A DNA stretch of 54,163 nt. Origin: an uncultured Bacilli bacterium (GTDB lineage Bacteria > Bacillota_I > Bacilli_A > RF39 > UBA660). This document shows, in pieces, positions 1 to 10,214 of this stretch (its first letter is position 1; each line of letters begins with the position of its first letter). A program made the translations under genes and the position numbers. The notes under the pieces were generated by a model. The model was given only the letters and a program-made list of their open reading frames with translations, made no database searches and was not told where the DNA came from. The DNA lies in the NCBI GenBank assembly GCA_944350485.1, contig CALVPE010000019.1, positions 1-54,163 on the forward strand, written 5' to 3'.

Positions 1-722
1 ATTTTCATTGTTCCATCTGGATAAACTGCTGTTATTCGCCATAATTTACCAGAATACCAAACATAGTTAAAGTTTATACAATCTTTATCTCCAGATAAAT
101 AAGTAATATTATCTTCTACAATAGTCGAATTACAAGTTGAGTTTCTAATGGAATTTAAAATAGCAGCTTTAACTGAACCTTTAGTCAGAATATCAAAACT
201 TTCTCCTGTTACTTTTATTTTAGAACTAAATATTTTTCCTGACTCTGTATAATAATAATCAACCCAAAAGATTAATTTACAATCAATAGTTGCTCCAGCT
301 TTAAAATTTTCATAGATATAGAATGTATTATCTTTATCCATATTTCCTAAATTATCAATTGTTAATAAATCATCATTAACATAAAAAGCATATCTAACTG
401 CACCTAAATCAATATTCGTAGTTTCATTTATTTCTAATTGGATTTTAGCATTTATAGAAACATTACTTGTATTTGTAATAGTAAAAGTATAAGGACTATT
501 TAATAACCCTACTTCATCTATTTTAGGAACTTCTCCACTCAAATTAATATTTCCATCTCCTTCTTCAAAATCAATAGAAATTAAACCTGTATCTAATCCA
601 CTAATTCTTTCATCTTGTTTATGATAAATAAAGTAAATAGAAGCAAATGATATACCTAAACACATAATAATTATTAAAACTAAGAATATTATATTTTTTT
701 TATTACTTATTTTTTCTTTCAT
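1..722 (-). CDS. membrane-anchored hypothetical protein (partial, runs off the window start)
   Basis: Absent from the ORF track because it is truncated by the window. The reverse-strand ATG at 722-720 opens MKEKISNKKNIIFLVLIIIMCLGISFASIYFIYHKQDE... and stays open to position 1. It has one N-terminal TM helix followed by beta-rich, extracellular-looking sequence. No family recognised. Confidence 0.55.
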   Translation of the reverse strand, partial: MKEKISNKKNIIFLVLIIIMCLGISFASIYFIYHKQDERISGLDTGLISIDFEEGDGNINLSGEVPKIDEVGLLNSPYTFTITNTSNVSINAKIQLEINETTNIDLGAVRYAFYVNDDLLTIDNLGNMDKDNTFYIYENFKAGATIDCKLIFWVDYYYTESGKIFSSKIKVTGESFDILTKGSVKAAILNSIRNSTCNSTIVEDNITYLSGDKDCINFNYVWYSGKLWRITAVYPDGTMK

Positions 723-794
723 AATATCATCTCTCATTATACTATAATAATAGTAACAAATTTTTCTTATTTTTTCAAGAAGTTTATAATTTTT

Positions 795-2471
795 TTAAAT
801 TTTTTTATATAAATCTTGTTTTAATAAATTTTGATATTTTCCTGTAGCTATAATTTTACTATTATCAACTAAAATAATTTGATCAACAAAATTACTAGTT
901 ATTAAATTTTTATTTTTAGTTATAATAATAATTGTATTATCTTCTTTTAAATTTTTTAATTCTTCTAATATTAAATCACTTAAATCTTTACTTAAAAAAT
1001 CAAATATTTCATCAAATAACATTATCTTTGGTCTTTTTAAAAGAACTCTTATAATTGCTAAAATATATTTAACATCACTATTAATATTTGATCCATCAGT
1101 TAATAAAATAGTATCATAACCATTTTCTAAACTCATAATATAATCATGAATTTTAAATAATTTTGCATAGTAAACAATATTTTCAAAATTGGCATCAAAA
1201 ATACCTAAATTATCTTTAATACTAATATTAAAGAAAGTTGGATTTTTAGTAACTCCACTTATTATTTCATTTATTTTATTTCCATAACTTGCTATATCTT
1301 GATTGTCAATTAAAATACTTCCTTCATGTTGTCTATTATATCTTAATAGTAAATCAAAGACACCACTTTTACCAGATCCTGTTACTCCTGTTATAATATT
1401 AAAAGTATTAGCATTTATTTTAAAACTAACATCATTTAAAGTCGGATCTTTTTTATTACCATATAAAACATGTTTAAATTCAATACTTCCATTAGTTAAA
1501 TTTAAATTAGTATCTTTTTCATAGTTATTATTTGCATATTGAAATAATTTATGAATTCTTATTCTTGCCACTTTAACGTTTATATTACTTTCAAATAGAG
1601 TAATAATTGATAAAAATAAGGCATTTAATTTTACATAATAATTATAAATAATAGTTAAAACACCAAGAGTGGTTTTCCCATCAATAAGAAGTTTTATACC
1701 TATAAATAAAGCTATACACTGGAAAACATCTATTAAACCTAAAGATAATTGTTTTAAATTGTATTTATCAATATTTAACTTATTATTAGCTTTAACATAA
1801 TCATCTAAAGTATTCATAGTTCTTTCTTGAGCAACACTAAAAATATTAAAACCTTTTATTTCCTTAATTGATAATAATAATTCTTGAAATAAACTAATTC
1901 TTTTATCATGTTTATTTTTACGAATTTGATTAGTTCTTGATAATTTATTATTAGAATAAATTAAAATAAATAAAACAACAACTGAGATTAATAAAGTCAA
2001 ATAGCCTATTAAAAGATCAATTTTAAAAAAGTAAAAAATAATATAAATAGCTTCTAGTATTTCGACTATTCTAATTACTAGAGTTGCATAATAATCACTT
2101 AAAGTTTCAAAATCTTCACTCATAATATTACTATACTCTGATAAACTAAAGCGTGATAAACTATAAATTGAGTTATTACAAGTTTTTTTTAATCCTAATT
2201 TAGCATATGTTTTATATAAATTAGAATACAAACTATAATATGTTTTTTGGTTAATCATCTCTAGCAATCGATAGATTAAAGTAAAGATAAAAAACATCAA
2301 TAGCATTTTATAAGCTGCATTAAAATTACCTTTGGAAAGTTCATCAATTAAATAACTATAATAAAGAGGAATTATTAATAAACTTCCTCTTATTAATAAA
2401 CTAGCTATAAATTTGATAATAAAATATTTTTTATTTTTTAATAATACTTCTCTATTTTCTTTTTTTGTCAA
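795..2471 (-). CDS. ABC transporter fused permease/ATP-binding protein with a degenerate NBD
   Basis: TTG start shortly after the upstream stop. The N-terminal ~300 aa is a multi-helix hydrophobic domain. The C-terminal NBD has Walker A GVTGSGKS and Walker B IMLFDE. The LSGGQ signature, Q-loop Gln and H-loop His are not recognisable. Confidence 0.75.
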   Translation of the reverse strand: MTKKENREVLLKNKKYFIIKFIASLLIRGSLLIIPLYYSYLIDELSKGNFNAAYKMLLMFFIFTLIYRLLEMINQKTYYSLYSNLYKTYAKLGLKKTCNNSIYSLSRFSLSEYSNIMSEDFETLSDYYATLVIRIVEILEAIYIIFYFFKIDLLIGYLTLLISVVVLFILIYSNNKLSRTNQIRKNKHDKRISLFQELLLSIKEIKGFNIFSVAQERTMNTLDDYVKANNKLNIDKYNLKQLSLGLIDVFQCIALFIGIKLLIDGKTTLGVLTIIYNYYVKLNALFLSIITLFESNINVKVARIRIHKLFQYANNNYEKDTNLNLTNGSIEFKHVLYGNKKDPTLNDVSFKINANTFNIITGVTGSGKSGVFDLLLRYNRQHEGSILIDNQDIASYGNKINEIISGVTKNPTFFNISIKDNLGIFDANFENIVYYAKLFKIHDYIMSLENGYDTILLTDGSNINSDVKYILAIIRVLLKRPKIMLFDEIFDFLSKDLSDLILEELKNLKEDNTIIIITKNKNLITSNFVDQIILVDNSKIIATGKYQNLLKQDLYKKI

Positions 2472-2479
2472 AATAGCAC

Positions 2480-4231
2480 CTACTGATTAATAGTCCATGT
2501 TTTTAAAACATTACAATTAGCACTTTCAGGTACGGGATTTGGCATATCTACTTTTAAAATAAGAGGAACTTTAAATGCTGCTCCAAAGCATAAGCAATAA
2601 CCTGGTTGTAAAGCTTTTTGTTTTTCAACGATTTCTTCTGTTATATTTGGAACCATTTTACTTATATATTCAATATCTCGCGGATGGGTTGTTTTAAAAA
2701 TTAAGAAATTAGCACATTGGCTCATAACTGTTTCTGATAATTCAACTGGTCTTTGGGAAATTAAAGTCAATAAAATCCCGTATTTACGTCCTTCTTTAGC
2801 AATTCGATCAAAAATATTATAACCTATTAAATCAATATCTTCTCCATTTTTAATATAACGATGAGCTTCTTCAACAATAAGGTTAAAAGGAATAGTAGCC
2901 CTATTTTGTAAACCTTTAGTGTATTCAAAAATAATTCTTGAAAAAATCTTAGTTATAACTTTAGCAATACTATCATCAATATCTTCTAAGTTAATATTTA
3001 AAACTTGAAACTTTTGACCATTTCGAATAACCAAACTTGAGAGAAATTGTTCAACACCTATAAAATCAGGATAATCAAAGAATTTTTTATTTTCACTAAT
3101 TATTAAAGAATGTAATTTTACTTTGACACTGATACTATCTCCATAAGTTTTATCATTATTTAACCAATTTTCACTTATTAAAGTAAAGTTTAAAGCTTTT
3201 TCTAAATCTTCTAGATCATATTTATTAAAAGTTGTTGGCTCATAATTATCTAAATTTGGATCAACAAATGAAGCTATATACTGTGAAATTAAAATTCCTT
3301 CGGTAAAGTTTCCTTGACTATCAACGTTAAAACATTCTCTAAACTTTCTTGTATAACCTGCTCCTTGAACTTCAGCTTCCATATTAAATTCATTAGTCGT
3401 ACAAGTATTAAAAAGATCAAAAATATCATTTCTTTTTGTATTTGGTAATTTATTGGAATAGAAAATTGATAACATAGCTTTAGCTATAATGTGATTTTTA
3501 TATTTATAACTTATTTCGTCAGTTAAAGAAAATATTTTAGCTAATTTAATCATTCTTTCAAGTAAAGTTAATTGACTTACTTTTTCAAGTCTTAAAAGAA
3601 GAGCTAAATCATCAATATTTAGTAACCATACTGGTATTTTTAATTTTTCATAATTATTATGGTAACTTGTAGAAATTACTTTAAAATGATAATTAGGATT
3701 AATTTCGGTAAGATTGTTAAAAGCATTAATATATTCACCATTATTATCAAAAATTATCATTGTTGCTTTATAAGGATAAAAATTAGGAGTTTTAAATAAA
3801 GTTTGTAATAATTTAGTTGTTCCATAACTTTTACCTGAACCAGAATTACCAAGAATTGTTAAATGATTACTAAATAAACTATTAATGCTCATGTAAACTG
3901 GTTTATTATTATAAAAAGGACTATTGCCAATTGTCATATTTCCATATTCAGATAACCCAGTTATTAAAGGCATCTCAGCTTCTTCAAGTAGACGAATAGT
4001 AGCTGTAATACTAGGTTTAGAGATAATTCCACCATAAAAATTACCATCAATTATTTCCCCAATAAATCTTGTTTCAATAATATTATCATGAACATATTCA
4101 ACTTCTGATACAATTTGTTTATTATTATCAACAAAAACTAAATGTTGATTAATCATATTAGTTTTTATACTTCCTTCACGTACTTTAACATGAGCTCCAT
4201 GATCACTTATATAAACAATACTTTCAAACAT
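2480..4231 (-). CDS. HerA/DUF87-type P-loop ATPase
   Basis: Walker A GNSGSGKS and a DEAH-like Walker B LIVEEAHRY. The N-terminal segment looks like a barrel, as in HerA-like ATPases. GGAGG RBS before the ATG. Confidence 0.7.
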   Translation of the reverse strand: MFESIVYISDHGAHVKVREGSIKTNMINQHLVFVDNNKQIVSEVEYVHDNIIETRFIGEIIDGNFYGGIISKPSITATIRLLEEAEMPLITGLSEYGNMTIGNSPFYNNKPVYMSINSLFSNHLTILGNSGSGKSYGTTKLLQTLFKTPNFYPYKATMIIFDNNGEYINAFNNLTEINPNYHFKVISTSYHNNYEKLKIPVWLLNIDDLALLLRLEKVSQLTLLERMIKLAKIFSLTDEISYKYKNHIIAKAMLSIFYSNKLPNTKRNDIFDLFNTCTTNEFNMEAEVQGAGYTRKFRECFNVDSQGNFTEGILISQYIASFVDPNLDNYEPTTFNKYDLEDLEKALNFTLISENWLNNDKTYGDSISVKVKLHSLIISENKKFFDYPDFIGVEQFLSSLVIRNGQKFQVLNINLEDIDDSIAKVITKIFSRIIFEYTKGLQNRATIPFNLIVEEAHRYIKNGEDIDLIGYNIFDRIAKEGRKYGILLTLISQRPVELSETVMSQCANFLIFKTTHPRDIEYISKMVPNITEEIVEKQKALQPGYCLCFGAAFKVPLILKVDMPNPVPESANCNVLKTWTINQ

Positions 4232-4239
4232 ATATCCTC

Positions 4240-4533
4240 CTAAAATAAATTTTCTAATTCTTTTTTTACTTTCTTATTATCTATATTATTTAGTATAGCA
4301 TTTATCTTTTGTTTTTTATAGTCTAATTTTAATTTTTCTTCAAAATCTAATAATTTTTGTTCAATTATTTTTAATTGTTTAAAACAAGCATTTCGACTTA
4401 TTTGATATTTTTCACTTATTTCTGTATAAGATAAGTTATTAAAATAATATTCTTTAAAGTAAATTTGTTGTTTTTCAGTTAATAAAGAACTGTATAAATC
4501 AAATAAATTATTTAAATATATTACTTTTTCCAT
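4240..4533 (-). CDS. ylxM: YlxM/UPF0122-family putative DNA-binding protein
   Basis: 97 aa. The motif LTEKQQIYFKEYYFNNLSYTEISEKYQISRNACFKQLK is the typical YlxM HTH. The start abuts the ftsY stop. Confidence 0.85.
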   Translation of the reverse strand: MEKVIYLNNLFDLYSSLLTEKQQIYFKEYYFNNLSYTEISEKYQISRNACFKQLKIIEQKLLDFEEKLKLDYKKQKINAILNNIDNKKVKKELENLF

Positions 4534-5670
4534 CTACATCATATCCTTAAATAAACCATAAATATATTTTTCAATATCAAAAGATTCTAAATCATTGATT
4601 GTTTCTCCAAGCCCGATATATTTAACAGGAATGTCTAATTCTTCTTTAATAGCCAGAACAATACCACCTTTAGCTGTTCCATCTAATTTCGTTAGGATAA
4701 TACCGGTGACATTAGTTATTTCTTTGAAGTTTTTAGCTTGGCTAATCCCGTTTTGACCAGTTGTTGCATCAATTACTAATAAAGTTTCCTGAGGGGCATT
4801 TGGTATTAAACTACCAATTACTTTATTCATTTTCTCAAGTTCTTTCATTAAATTAATTTTATTTTGCAAACGTCCTGCCGTATCTATTAAAATAACATCT
4901 ATATTTTTTTCTTTAGCGATTTTTACTCCATCATAGATAACACTTGAAGGATCAGAATTTTCTTTTCCTTTAACAAACTCACATCCTACTCGTTTACTCC
5001 ACTCTTCTAGTTGTTCAATAGCTCCAGCTCTGAATGTATCACCTGCTACCATTAAAACACTTTTACCATCTTTTTTTAATTTGTTAGCAATTTTACCAAT
5101 CGTGGTTGTTTTTCCAACTCCGTTTACACCAATGAATAAAATAACAGTTGGACCATCTTGATTAAAATTAATTTTGTTAGTAATAATTGAGTTATCAACA
5201 TAAATAACAAATAATTCATCAACTATTACTTCTTTTAAATATTCTAAATCCGTGATATTTTCAGTTTTTACTCTTTTCCTTAAACGATCCATAAAAGATA
5301 AAACGGTATTAACTCCAATATCTGCCATAATCAAAATATCTTCTAATTCTTCAAAATATTCCTCCGTTATTTTTTTAGTTTTACTATTTAGAGAAATTAA
5401 ACGATTAACAAAGCCATTTCGACTTTTACTAAGACCTTTTTCATAAAGTTTAACTTCTTGCTTATTTTTTTCCTTTTCAAGTTCTAATTTTTCTTTTTCA
5501 TCATTTTTCTCTTTTTCAAAAACTTTAACTGTTTCTAATTCTATTAAATTATTATTTTCATTTGCAAAATCATCTGTATTATTATTTTCAAACTGATTTT
5601 GATTTTTTAAATCATCATTTATTTCTGTTTCTTTTTTAAATAAATTTTTAATATTTTTAAATAAACCCAT
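4534..5670 (-). CDS. ftsY: signal recognition particle receptor FtsY
   Basis: SRP GTPase motifs GVNGVGKTTT, DTAGR and TKLDGTAKGG. N-terminal acidic low-complexity region. Strong RBS GAGGAGG. Confidence 0.95.
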   Translation of the reverse strand: MGLFKNIKNLFKKETEINDDLKNQNQFENNNTDDFANENNNLIELETVKVFEKEKNDEKEKLELEKEKNKQEVKLYEKGLSKSRNGFVNRLISLNSKTKKITEEYFEELEDILIMADIGVNTVLSFMDRLRKRVKTENITDLEYLKEVIVDELFVIYVDNSIITNKINFNQDGPTVILFIGVNGVGKTTTIGKIANKLKKDGKSVLMVAGDTFRAGAIEQLEEWSKRVGCEFVKGKENSDPSSVIYDGVKIAKEKNIDVILIDTAGRLQNKINLMKELEKMNKVIGSLIPNAPQETLLVIDATTGQNGISQAKNFKEITNVTGIILTKLDGTAKGGIVLAIKEELDIPVKYIGLGETINDLESFDIEKYIYGLFKDMM

Positions 5671-6230
5671 GTCTGCCTCCTCATCTTTTACATAAAAAGT
5701 ATAACATTTAGCAAAAAATATGTAAATATAAAAAAAAATAACTTTTATATTTATATTTTAAGTTTTAATTATAAAAAAACTCTATCTTTAATTACTTACT
5801 ATAAACAGTAACTATTAGATAGAGTTATTAAGTGGAAAATAATTAAATTTTCCTTTGTAAGTAAAATCTTTTATTACTTACATTTATATTATGGATTGTT
5901 TTTTATGTTTTATGCCTAAAATTAAACATAGTAAAGAAGATGTTAAGTTATAAATTATTTTTTTCAGATAAAAATTAAGTTTTTCAAATTTCGACTTTTA
6001 TAATAACATTTATTACTAATTAAAAATGTAATTTTTCATTTCAAAAGAAAAGATTTCTATATTTTAAAAAGAATCTTTTTAATTAATAATTTAAAGAGTT
6101 TTAGTTATTAAATTGTCAATTAAAAATTATTTTAAACTTTATTATTTTCTTGTTTTAACAAGGCTCTTTTATTATTCGACAAATTAGGCAACATTTATTT
6201 CCAGAAAAAAATTACTATAATGAGCAATTT

Positions 6231-7094
6231 TTAATCAATATTTATTAATTCATAATCTAAATTTCCGATATTTAATCTATTGGCTTCTAAAACGGTTAAG
6301 ATACCATTACGACTTTCGATTCTTTCAATTAAATCTTGTTTGCCTAAATCATCGGCTTGATAAACTAAATCTAAACAAGCTTTATCAAGAGCAACAGGAT
6401 CAAGAGATGCTAATATACCAATATCTTTGATTACAGGATCGGCTGCAATTTGACAACAATCACAATCAACAGACATATTTTTCATAACATTTATAAAAGC
6501 AATTTTATTTTTGTATAAATCCATAATGGTACTACTAGCTTCGGCCATTGATTTTAAAAAGTCATCATGATTAGAACTCCATATTTTTTGAGCTTCTCCA
6601 GCTCCATGAATAACTGCTTTTCCATAACTAGAAGCAAGACCTATGGAAATATTTTTTAAAGCTCCACCAAAACCTCCCATCGGATGTCCTTTGAAATGTG
6701 ATAAAACTAAGAGGCTATCATAATTTGTTAAATTTTTACCAACATAATTAGTAGTTAAGAAAGATCCATTTTTTACTTTTAAAGGTATTTCTCCTTCTTG
6801 ATCTAATAAATCAACTTGATAATATTTCGTCCACTCATGATCATCTAGTAACTTTAAATGCTTTTCAGTTGTGTTTCTTTCGCCATCATATGCAGTATTG
6901 CATTCAATAACGGTTCCGTTTACAAAATCAACTAATGATTTCATAAAATCAGGTCTTAAATAATTTTGATTTCCCGCTTCTCCGGAATGTATTTTAACCC
7001 CAATATTGCCTTGTAAATTAGGATTTAGTGCTTGATAAATTTTTAATAAACCATTGCTTGTTAGATCACTTGTAAAATAAACTTTTGATTTCAT
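6231..7094 (-). CDS. DUF362-domain protein (putative Fe-S binding)
   Basis: Typical DUF362 N-terminus (KVYFTSDL...GVKIHSGEAGN) and a CDCC cysteine cluster. The start was moved to the ATG preceded by GGAGG (MKSKVYF). Confidence 0.7.
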   Translation of the reverse strand: MKSKVYFTSDLTSNGLLKIYQALNPNLQGNIGVKIHSGEAGNQNYLRPDFMKSLVDFVNGTVIECNTAYDGERNTTEKHLKLLDDHEWTKYYQVDLLDQEGEIPLKVKNGSFLTTNYVGKNLTNYDSLLVLSHFKGHPMGGFGGALKNISIGLASSYGKAVIHGAGEAQKIWSSNHDDFLKSMAEASSTIMDLYKNKIAFINVMKNMSVDCDCCQIAADPVIKDIGILASLDPVALDKACLDLVYQADDLGKQDLIERIESRNGILTVLEANRLNIGNLDYELINID

Positions 7095-7164
7095 TTTTTC
7101 CTCCATCTATTATTATTATAACACTACTTTTAAATTTAATAAAAAAAAAATTATTGTAAATTAC

Positions 7165-8394
7165 TTAATATCTTGTAACACGATTTGAAAACCAAACTCC
7201 TGGAGCTGGAAAGTTGACAATACTTGTTGGATTAATATTATGAGCTTCATATTGGTAATAATAAGAGTAATCTCTTAAATAATGACCTGTTAAAACAGCA
7301 AAGTGTAAATGTTGTCCCGTAGTACAATTGTCATACCACCAAGTATCTGGTCCACCACCCATAGTAGCAATTACAGTGTTCTGATCAACATAATCACCAA
7401 CTTTTACTTGAATATTTTTTACATGAAAATAAGAAGTTGTGTATTTATGCCCACCAACATTATGAATAATATAAATTTTATTACCACCACATAAATATTT
7501 ACCGGTTGCATTTTTATAATCAGGACCACTTTCAAGTCCTACAACAACTCCTGGAGCAGCCGCATAAATTCTAGTATCTCCACCAGCAATATCAATACCA
7601 TTATGGAATCCACAATAATATTGTCCATTATTTCTAGTATAACATCTCCAACCAAAAACACTAGTTATGCGACCATTTAAAACTGGTCTAATAAAATTAC
7701 CAGAATAAGGAACTGTCCCACAAGAATTAATATCTTCATCCAATTCACATTTTAGATCTTTTTCATAATAATTTATAGCTTTTTTTAAGTTGTTTATTTC
7801 TTCTTCAATGGACATAGAAACATCAGCCATAGCATTTAATTCTGAGCCAAGAGAAATTAAACTAACTTTTAGTTCTTCTTGTTTTTTAGCCAAGTTTTGC
7901 ATTTCTATTTTTAACTCACCTTGTTTCTTTTTATTTTTAGTTATAGTATCATTATATTCTTCAATTAACTTATCATTATAAGAAACAAGTTGTTCTGATA
8001 TAGCACTACGATAAATAAAATCTGTAATATCTTTGGCCCCAAATATATATTCAAGATAAGCACTTTCTCCACTAGAAATTTGTAAAAAATGAATTACTTC
8101 CTTAATTTCTAATTCTCTTTGCTTAGCTTTTTCATTTAATTCCTCTATTTCTTTATTTAATCTTTTAATATTATTTTCACTTTCAGTTATCTTACGACTT
8201 GTCTCTTCGATTGACCGATTAACATTATTTAATTCTTGCTCAGTTAATTTTTTTTCATTATCAGCATTAGCTTTTTTTTGTTCTAAAGTGGTTAATTCAT
8301 TTTTCATATCCCGAAGTGTTTTTGCCTTAGCATTTAAAGGGATAATTAACAAAACAAATAAAAATATTAAAAATATCATCATTCTTCTCTTCAT
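7165..8394 (-). CDS. M23-family peptidoglycan metalloendopeptidase with N-terminal coiled coil
   Basis: Signal peptide MKRRMMIFLIFLFVLLIIPLNAKA. Long heptad-rich region. M23 metal motifs HNGIDIAG and HLHFAV. Confidence 0.85.
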   Translation of the reverse strand: MKRRMMIFLIFLFVLLIIPLNAKAKTLRDMKNELTTLEQKKANADNEKKLTEQELNNVNRSIEETSRKITESENNIKRLNKEIEELNEKAKQRELEIKEVIHFLQISSGESAYLEYIFGAKDITDFIYRSAISEQLVSYNDKLIEEYNDTITKNKKKQGELKIEMQNLAKKQEELKVSLISLGSELNAMADVSMSIEEEINNLKKAINYYEKDLKCELDEDINSCGTVPYSGNFIRPVLNGRITSVFGWRCYTRNNGQYYCGFHNGIDIAGGDTRIYAAAPGVVVGLESGPDYKNATGKYLCGGNKIYIIHNVGGHKYTTSYFHVKNIQVKVGDYVDQNTVIATMGGGPDTWWYDNCTTGQHLHFAVLTGHYLRDYSYYYQYEAHNINPTSIVNFPAPGVWFSNRVTRY

Positions 8395-8797
8395 ATCATC
8401 ATATCCTTTATAAAGATTATAACATATTCAACATATTTTTTTCAATCACATTTTATAAATTTATACATACCTGCTTTAAAAACAAATTAATATTTATAGT
8501 CTCATATATTAATAAATAATTAAATTTAGATATAATACATAATATAAATTAATTAAAATTCGTGTATTTATAGCCAATTATATTATGTTTTAATCATAAA
8601 GAATTTTATTTAAAAGTCAAAAATAGCTGTAAATAGTAACAAAAGAAAAAAATAATGCTTTATCTGCAATAAATATTTACTATGTTATTTATTTTACTTA
8701 TTTTTTTAAGTAAAAAAATTTTACTAAACATTAAATATGATTAAATAAGCTATTCAATGATTGTTTTTATTTAATTTCTTTAATTATTCTACAAGAA

Positions 8798-8828
8798 CAA
8801 AAAAACCAAGTATCAAATAATACTTGAT
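8798..8828 (-). terminator. rho-independent terminator after tuf
   Basis: On the minus strand there is a 9-bp stem (aucaaguau / auacuuggu, one G-U pair) with a 6-nt loop, followed by a T-run. It lies directly after the tuf stop. Confidence 0.75.
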
Positions 8829-8836
8829 TTTTTTAA

Positions 8837-10021
8837 TTATTTAACAATTTTAGAAACTGATCCAGCACCAACAGTTCTACCACCTTCACGGATTGAGAAT
8901 TTAGTACCTTGTTCTAGAGCAATTGGGTGAATTAGTTCAACTGTAATTGATACATTATCACCTGGCATTACCATTTCAGTTCCTTGAGGTAATTCAATTA
9001 CACCTGTAACGTCTGTTGTTCTAAAATAGAATTGAGGACGATAGTTAGCAAAGAATGGAGTATGACGTCCACCTTCTTCTTTAGTAAGAATGTAAACTTC
9101 AGCTTCAAATTTTGTATGAGGTGTAACGGTTCCTGGTTTAGCTAATACTTGTCCACGTTCTACATCCTCTCTTGCGATACCACGTAAAAGTACACCAGCA
9201 TTATCTCCAGCTTCAGCAAAGTCTAATTGTTTTCTAAACATTTCAATACCAGTAACAACTGTTTTTTGAGTAGGTTTAATACCAACTATTTCAACTTCGT
9301 CATTTAGTTTTAATTGTCCACGTTCTACACGTCCTGTAACAACAGTTCCACGTCCAGTGATTGTGAAAACATCTTCAATACTCATTAAGAATGGTTTATC
9401 GTTATCACGAACTGGAGTTGGAATCCATTCATCAACAGCAGCCATTAAATCAACGATAGATTGAACATATTTAGGATCTCCTTCAAGAGCTTTAAGAGCT
9501 GATCCACGAATAATTGGAGTATTATCTCCATCAAATCCATATTCATTTAATAAATCACGGATTTCCATTTCAACTAATTCTAACAACTCTTCATCATCAA
9601 CCATATCACACTTGTTCATAAATACTACCATTTTTGGTACACCAACTTGACGAGCAAGTAAAATATGTTCACGAGTTTGAGCCATTGGGCCATCTGTAGC
9701 AGCAATAACTAAAATTGCTCCATCCATTTGAGCAGCACCTGTAATCATGTTTTTTACATAATCAGCATGTCCTGGACAATCAACGTGTGCATAATGACGA
9801 CTAGCTGTTTGATATTCAACGTGTGCAGTATTAATTGTAATACCACGTGCTCTTTCTTCTGGAGCTTTATCGATATTAGCATAATCAACAAATTCTGCTC
9901 CACCTTGTTCTGCTAACACTTTAGTAATAGCAGCGGTTAATGTAGTTTTACCATGGTCAACGTGGCCAATTGTACCAATGTTAACATGTGGTTTACTACG
10001 ATCAAATTTTTCTTTTGCCAT
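8837..10021 (-). CDS. tuf: elongation factor Tu
   Basis: [28 protein letters not shown]..., plus DCPGH and NKCD motifs. The start is trimmed to the ATG after the GGAGG RBS. The track's 20-aa N-terminal extension is spurious. Confidence 0.98.
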   Translation of the reverse strand: MAKEKFDRSKPHVNIGTIGHVDHGKTTLTAAITKVLAEQGGAEFVDYANIDKAPEERARGITINTAHVEYQTASRHYAHVDCPGHADYVKNMITGAAQMDGAILVIAATDGPMAQTREHILLARQVGVPKMVVFMNKCDMVDDEELLELVEMEIRDLLNEYGFDGDNTPIIRGSALKALEGDPKYVQSIVDLMAAVDEWIPTPVRDNDKPFLMSIEDVFTITGRGTVVTGRVERGQLKLNDEVEIVGIKPTQKTVVTGIEMFRKQLDFAEAGDNAGVLLRGIAREDVERGQVLAKPGTVTPHTKFEAEVYILTKEEGGRHTPFFANYRPQFYFRTTDVTGVIELPQGTEMVMPGDNVSITVELIHPIALEQGTKFSIREGGRTVGAGSVSKIVK

Positions 10022-10214
10022 ATTAAATTTCCTCCTTTTTTGATTACTATTATATTTTATCAAATATTTAATAAAATACAACTACTTTTTTTCATTTTTT
10101 TAATAAAGCTTTATTTATTACTATTTTTAAATAACAAAATTATTTATTATATTGAATTATATTTATAATTACTAATCTTAAACTAGGTGTTATTCAAAAT
10201 AGTATAATTAATTT

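Noticed and set aside
1303-1524. Short antisense ORFs in the track (1303-1524, 5252-5446, 7309-7494, 7790-7981, 9728-9916, 9953-10168, 12053-12247, 17263-17532, 18663-18869, 24983-25174, 28989-29183, 32193-32393, 39652-39852, 42151-42357)
   Set aside because: All lie inside, or antisense to, well-supported longer genes. They lack RBSs and have low-complexity compositions typical of chance ORFs in AT-rich DNA.
5671-6230. Long AT-rich intergenic spacers (5671-6230, 8395-8797, 19862-20380) as candidate sRNA, CRISPR or pseudogene regions
   Set aside because: I found no direct-repeat arrays, conserved RNA motifs or translatable gene remnants. The only feature is a 10-bp-stem hairpin (aactctatct...agatagagtt, ~5767-5815) of unclear significance.
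10022-10081. N-terminal extensions in the ORF track for tuf (10022-10081), fusA (12285-12320), rpsL (13225-13245), rpsD (14226-14240), the ABC ATPase (19108-19146) and the 30009 start overlapping dut
   Set aside because: In each case a canonical conserved N-terminus with a GGAGG-type RBS lies downstream. The extensions are AT-rich read-through of the leader regions.
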